The notes beneath the pieces are model-generated. The model was not told where the DNA came from and did no database searches. It was given only the letters and a program-made list of their open reading frames with translations. 64,000 nt of DNA from an uncultured Methanolobus sp. Lineage in GTDB: Archaea; Halobacteriota; Methanosarcinia; Methanosarcinales; Methanosarcinaceae. The stretch is from assembly GCA_963675495.1 (NCBI GenBank), contig OY776215.1, positions 480,001 through 544,000 of the forward strand, in the 5' to 3' direction. Below, in pieces: positions 59,886 through 64,000 of this stretch. Made by a program: the position numbers and the translations under genes. The stretch's first letter is position 1, and the number at the start of each line of letters is the position of its first letter.

Positions 59886-60770
59886 TTATATCGACCGTGT
59901 GTGAGCCGGTTCTATGTGTACCAATACATCCTCAATTCCTTCAAAGTTTTCCTTGATCCGGTACTGGACGATATGAGAAATTGTGTGAGATTTATAGGTA
60001 GTCATATTAGGATCAACTTCGACATGAAGGTCCACGTAGACACTCCCCGGAGGACCACGTGTGCGTATATTGTGACAATCCATGACACCTTCTATATTAT
60101 GGACTACCCGAGCGATATCTTCCGGATCGATCCGAGATTCATCAATCAGGATAGAGATACTGCGGAATATTATTTCTGCACCTGCATGAAGTATAACTAA
60201 GGCTATCAATATCGAAACTACAGGATCAATGACAGGATAACCGAACCGGATAGCTATCAGGCCTATAATGACAGAAAGTGAAACGTATATGTCACTTTTG
60301 GTATGAGCAGAATCAGCAAGGAGTAACTCGCTGTTTAATTCTTTACCTTTTTTGCTTTCATAGGTAGTCACTGAATAATTGACTAACATTGTTCCAAGCA
60401 TAACTGCAAAACTGATTACAGTTACCTCCGGATGACTGCCATTTCCAAAACGGGTAAATGCCGAATGGACTATTTCAAAGGCAACAATGGCCAATATCAC
60501 AGCGATCATTATAGAAGCCAATGTTTCGAACTTACGATGCCCGTAAGGATGCTCCTTGTCAGGAGGTTTGGCTGCTATTTGGATTCCTATGAGACCCACA
60601 ATGTTTGAAACACCATCAAAAAGAGAATGAAAACCATCTGACTGCATACTGAGCACATTGGTATAAAAGCCGTACGCAATCTTGGCAAATGAAACAGCCA
60701 AATTCAGGAAAAGCACGTAGACCATCACTTTTCGTATTTGTCTGAAACGTGAGTCTATGTCATGCATCAA
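59886..60770 (-). CDS. Cation diffusion facilitator (CDF) transporter
   Basis: [28 protein letters not shown]-terminal VHIEP. Confidence 0.93.
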   Translation of the reverse strand: MMHDIDSRFRQIRKVMVYVLFLNLAVSFAKIAYGFYTNVLSMQSDGFHSLFDGVSNIVGLIGIQIAAKPPDKEHPYGHRKFETLASIMIAVILAIVAFEIVHSAFTRFGNGSHPEVTVISFAVMLGTMLVNYSVTTYESKKGKELNSELLLADSAHTKSDIYVSLSVIIGLIAIRFGYPVIDPVVSILIALVILHAGAEIIFRSISILIDESRIDPEDIARVVHNIEGVMDCHNIRTRGPPGSVYVDLHVEVDPNMTTYKSHTISHIVQYRIKENFEGIEDVLVHIEPAHTRSI

Positions 60771-60890
60771 TAAGAATATTGAACATCAACAATATAAAGT
60801 ATATGATTTTTATGTCTAAAAAAAGAAGGTTAGCCAACAATCGTTAACACTAAGTGCTTTAATATATTAATAAATACATCATGTATTCAG

Positions 60891-61616
60891 GTGATATTTT
60901 TGGCTCGCAATACAAAGAAAGCTTATTTATTGATTTCATTATTACTCATTATTTCCCTGGGCTCAGGATGTCTTGAAACTCCCCGGGCAACTCCTGCAGC
61001 TATCGATGAGAATGCATTGCTGGCCTACGGATGGTCACAATTATCCATTGAGGAAAACTCATTGGAGCACACAGTTACCGATTCAACAAGCATAGTTCTT
61101 AATTCCACGACTGTAAAATATCATAATGACAGACTTACAGCAGATATCAATGATCAAGTGCTTTATTTTAAAGAATCCAATAACCTGCCGGTTTCCATAG
61201 ATATACCTGAGAGTCTGAGTGCCCAGATAATCACGTATCGTCTATCTTTGCCTTCCGGAGCGAAACTACCTACAGAACTTGTTTCCAAAATAATGGAAAG
61301 CAAGATCGATGAAATGGAAGAAAATAATGATGTCACAAGCGTAGAGGAAACAAGCACAAAAAAACTTATACTTAATGATGGGACGGAGACAATTGTGAAG
61401 ATATTCTCCGCAGCTGGCAATTCAACAGATTCAGGAATGAGGATGTTGGGTTTTGTCACTGCCTTTGAAAATGAGGATACAAGCACTATTGTTATTGGAA
61501 TTGTACCGGATGGAGAGTACAATATTGATGCCGGAATAGTAAATGGCACACTATTTTCAATTGATGGGAACAGTGAACTGGACGAAATGCTGGAACTTGT
61601 AAGTACCATAGAATGA
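60891..61616 (+). CDS. Hypothetical lipoprotein
   Basis: Hydrophobic signal with GSGC lipobox; 241 aa. Confidence 0.7.
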   Translation: MIFLARNTKKAYLLISLLLIISLGSGCLETPRATPAAIDENALLAYGWSQLSIEENSLEHTVTDSTSIVLNSTTVKYHNDRLTADINDQVLYFKESNNLPVSIDIPESLSAQIITYRLSLPSGAKLPTELVSKIMESKIDEMEENNDVTSVEETSTKKLILNDGTETIVKIFSAAGNSTDSGMRMLGFVTAFENEDTSTIVIGIVPDGEYNIDAGIVNGTLFSIDGNSELDEMLELVSTIE

Positions 61617-61737
61617 GCAGATCTATGAAGTATATATTTCACTTCAAAATACAGGCGAAATATAGTATAATATAGAGAACTGTAAGGAATACAAATTCAA
61701 TAGAATACCTTTTTATACGATTTTTTGAATCGAGTGA

Positions 61738-62571
61738 TTGGTGTTCGATTTGAGAAGCCCGTTAAAAAAATATATATCAAAAATGCTACCGGTTTTTCTT
61801 GTATTCATTACAGTAATCCTTTTTTCCGGCTGCATTGCCGACGAAAGCGTACAGATGTCCGAAAATCTCAACAACTCGATAGGAATGGAATTCGTGCTCA
61901 TTCCTGCCGGTGAATTCTACATGGGCTCGGATTCAACACCTATTGTAGCCTTTGATAATCCCCTTCATAAAGTGACAATAAGTAAAGCGTTCTACATGGC
62001 AAATTACGAGGTAACACAGGCACAATGGAAAATCATTATGGGAAACAACCCTTCGTTTTTTGAAGGAGATGAACTTCCTGTTGAACAAGTTTCCTGGTAC
62101 GATGCACAGGAATTCATAGACAAAATGAATGAAATCGAAAACACCGACATGTACAGGCTTCCAACAGAGGCTGAATGGGAGTATGCATGCCGGGCAGGAA
62201 CAACAACTGATTTCTCGTTCACAGAAGAGGCCACCAATCTGGATACATACGGATGGTCCGATGAACATGGATGGTGCGCTATTAACTCAAACAGCACAAC
62301 GAACCCGGTGGGTCAGAAAGAACCTAATTCATGGGGTCTTTATGATATGCATGGGAACGTATGGGAATGGGTTCAGGACACATGGAATGGGAACTATGAA
62401 GGAGCACCTGTTGATAACACTGCATGGGAAGAAGGTGACCCGAGCAACAGAGTTGGACGTGGAGGAAGCTGGATGGATGGCCCCAACATTTGCGAAAGTG
62501 CTTTCCGCGGGAGCCTTGAAGCAGACAGTACATCCAACGTCCTGGGGTTCAGAGTAGTGAAAGATATCTGA
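61738..62571 (+). CDS. Formylglycine-generating enzyme (FGE/SUMF1) family lipoprotein
   Basis: FSGC lipobox, RLPTEAEWEYACRAG, GLYDMHGNVWEW, RGGSW, GFRV. Confidence 0.92.
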   Translation: MVFDLRSPLKKYISKMLPVFLVFITVILFSGCIADESVQMSENLNNSIGMEFVLIPAGEFYMGSDSTPIVAFDNPLHKVTISKAFYMANYEVTQAQWKIIMGNNPSFFEGDELPVEQVSWYDAQEFIDKMNEIENTDMYRLPTEAEWEYACRAGTTTDFSFTEEATNLDTYGWSDEHGWCAINSNSTTNPVGQKEPNSWGLYDMHGNVWEWVQDTWNGNYEGAPVDNTAWEEGDPSNRVGRGGSWMDGPNICESAFRGSLEADSTSNVLGFRVVKDI

Positions 62572-62660
62572 ATATCCATGAACAAGAGAAAAGGAAAGTA
62601 TGAACACAATTTACCCGTGCAACCGGAAAATATAATTCATATAAATTCTCAGTTCTGAGC

Positions 62661-63431
62661 ATGGTAAAAATTGCAGTCACAGGAAAAGGTGGAGTAGGCA
62701 AGACAACACTGTCCGGAACTCTTGCAAGAATGCTGGCAAGGGACGGATATGACGTGCTTGCCATTGATGCTGATGCCGATATGAACCTTGCTTCCTCCCT
62801 GGGAATAGAAAAAGCTCCGGAACCACTCACTGACTATCAGGATCTTATTGAAGAGAGAGCAGGAGAAAAGGGAGGAATGTTCAAATTCAACCCGAAAGTC
62901 GATGATATTGTAGACAGGTTCGGTGTTGTTGGCCCCGATAATGTGAAAATGCTTGTCATGGGCACAGTTGAAACAGGCGGAAGTGGTTGCATGTGCCCTG
63001 CTTCAGCATTCCTGAAAGCTTTCCTTAGACATGTGGTGCTAAAAGATTCCAGTGCAGTTATACTGGACATGGAAGCAGGTATAGAGCATCTTGGAAGAGG
63101 CACCACCCGTGGGATAGATCTTATGATAATAGTTGTTGAACCTGGAATGCGGTCAATTGAAACTGCTCAGAGGATTAAGCAGCTTTCCGAGGGTATTGAT
63201 GTAAAGCATCTTGCTGCAATCATCAACAAAGGCACTTCCGCAAACATAAAACCAAAACTGGAAGAACTTGGCATTCCTGTTCTCGGAGAAATACCATATG
63301 ATCCTGACCTCATGGAAGCTGACTTCAATGGTCTTGCACCGATTGATGTAGGAGGCAAGTGGGTGGATTATGTCACAGAGATCAAGAACAGCATGCTTGA
63401 AATGATAGCAAGTTTTGAGAAAGAAAAATAG
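62661..63431 (+). CDS. cooC: CooC/AcsF-type nickel-insertion ATPase (CODH maturation)
   Basis: GKGGVGKT, DADADMNL, GCMCP (CxC), DMEAGIEHLGRGT. Confidence 0.9.
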   Translation: MVKIAVTGKGGVGKTTLSGTLARMLARDGYDVLAIDADADMNLASSLGIEKAPEPLTDYQDLIEERAGEKGGMFKFNPKVDDIVDRFGVVGPDNVKMLVMGTVETGGSGCMCPASAFLKAFLRHVVLKDSSAVILDMEAGIEHLGRGTTRGIDLMIIVVEPGMRSIETAQRIKQLSEGIDVKHLAAIINKGTSANIKPKLEELGIPVLGEIPYDPDLMEADFNGLAPIDVGGKWVDYVTEIKNSMLEMIASFEKEK

Positions 63432-63810
63432 ATTTTTGATATCCATGATGCTCAAGACTTCCTGCAAGACGGCAGAATCCTACATCACAAAAGATGGTTC
63501 ATCGATCAGGGAACTGATGCATCCTCTTGTGCATGGTAACTCTGCACAGAGTCTCGCTGAGGCCACAGTACCTGCGGGAAGCACAACACTTTTGCATCGA
63601 CACAACGTTACAGAAGAGATATATCATATCCTGTCTGGCTGTGGTCTGATGACACTTGGGGATGAATCTATTTACATGGAAGAAGGAGATTCTGTCTGCA
63701 TCCACCCAGGAACTCTCCATAATATCAGAAATACCGGAGAAGAAGAACTCAGATTACTGTGTTGCTGTTCTCCTGCATATTCGCATGATGACACTGAGCT
63801 ATTTGAGTGA
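63415..63810 (+). CDS. Cupin domain protein
   Basis: HRHNVTEEIY..G..IHPGTLH cupin motifs, CCSPAYSHDDT; true start probably 63445-63448. Confidence 0.88.
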   Translation: MRKKNRFLISMMLKTSCKTAESYITKDGSSIRELMHPLVHGNSAQSLAEATVPAGSTTLLHRHNVTEEIYHILSGCGLMTLGDESIYMEEGDSVCIHPGTLHNIRNTGEEELRLLCCCSPAYSHDDTELFE

Positions 63811-64000
63811 GATATGGGATGTCAGAATCGTAAAAGTAGTGAAAGAGTTAGTTCCTGTTGCATGGGAACAACTCTCAAATATAGTCATCCAAATTTATCG
63901 TTTTTTCTGCATTTATAGAGACAACAGTATTGGGAGTTCCATCGTTAAAATGAAAAGTATACTCTCCCGGCATTAACTGCATTCCATCTGAAAATGTTCG

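Noticed and set aside
323-63976. Many 60-190 aa ORFs antisense to or nested in assigned genes (e.g. 37750-38313, 61163-61642, 33395-33826)
   Set aside because: Shadow ORFs of well-supported genes with no independent evidence
1-64000. CRISPR array, cas genes, rRNA genes or IS transposases
   Set aside because: No regularly spaced 25-40 bp repeats and no Cas, rRNA or transposase motifs seen

Overview
Archaeal chromosomal window, most consistent with a Methanosarcinaceae methanogen (archaeal aspS, gatD, DUF1699, TATA-type promoters). It has three parts. (1) Housekeeping genes at both ends. (2) A ~28 kb integrative element (3451-31479) bounded by a perfect 16-bp direct repeat TTTATGCGTTATAAAC that contains the probable aspS TATA box; removing it joins argH-gatD to aspS-rpiA. 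It carries a Zn-ribbon tyrosine integrase, an SF2-helicase/degenerate AEP-primase fusion, two further recombinases (one broken), defence cargo (AAA+TOPRIM pair; SNF2-DUF3883/DUF1156/DUF499 restriction-like trio), a non-canonical tRNA-like gene and a convergent structured RNA candidate. (3) A ~20 kb phosphate locus (38869-58685) in which PstS carries an archaeal type IV pilin (class III) N-terminus and pstC-pstA run directly into a type IV pilus assembly ATPase and two platform genes, with no pstB. A second pilin, a FlaH-like protein, PsiE, two PhoU regulators, a binding-protein/histidine-kinase pair and a conventional PstS surround it. This is a candidate phosphate-scavenging pilus or bindosome. 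All family calls come from reading motifs by eye; no database searches were run.
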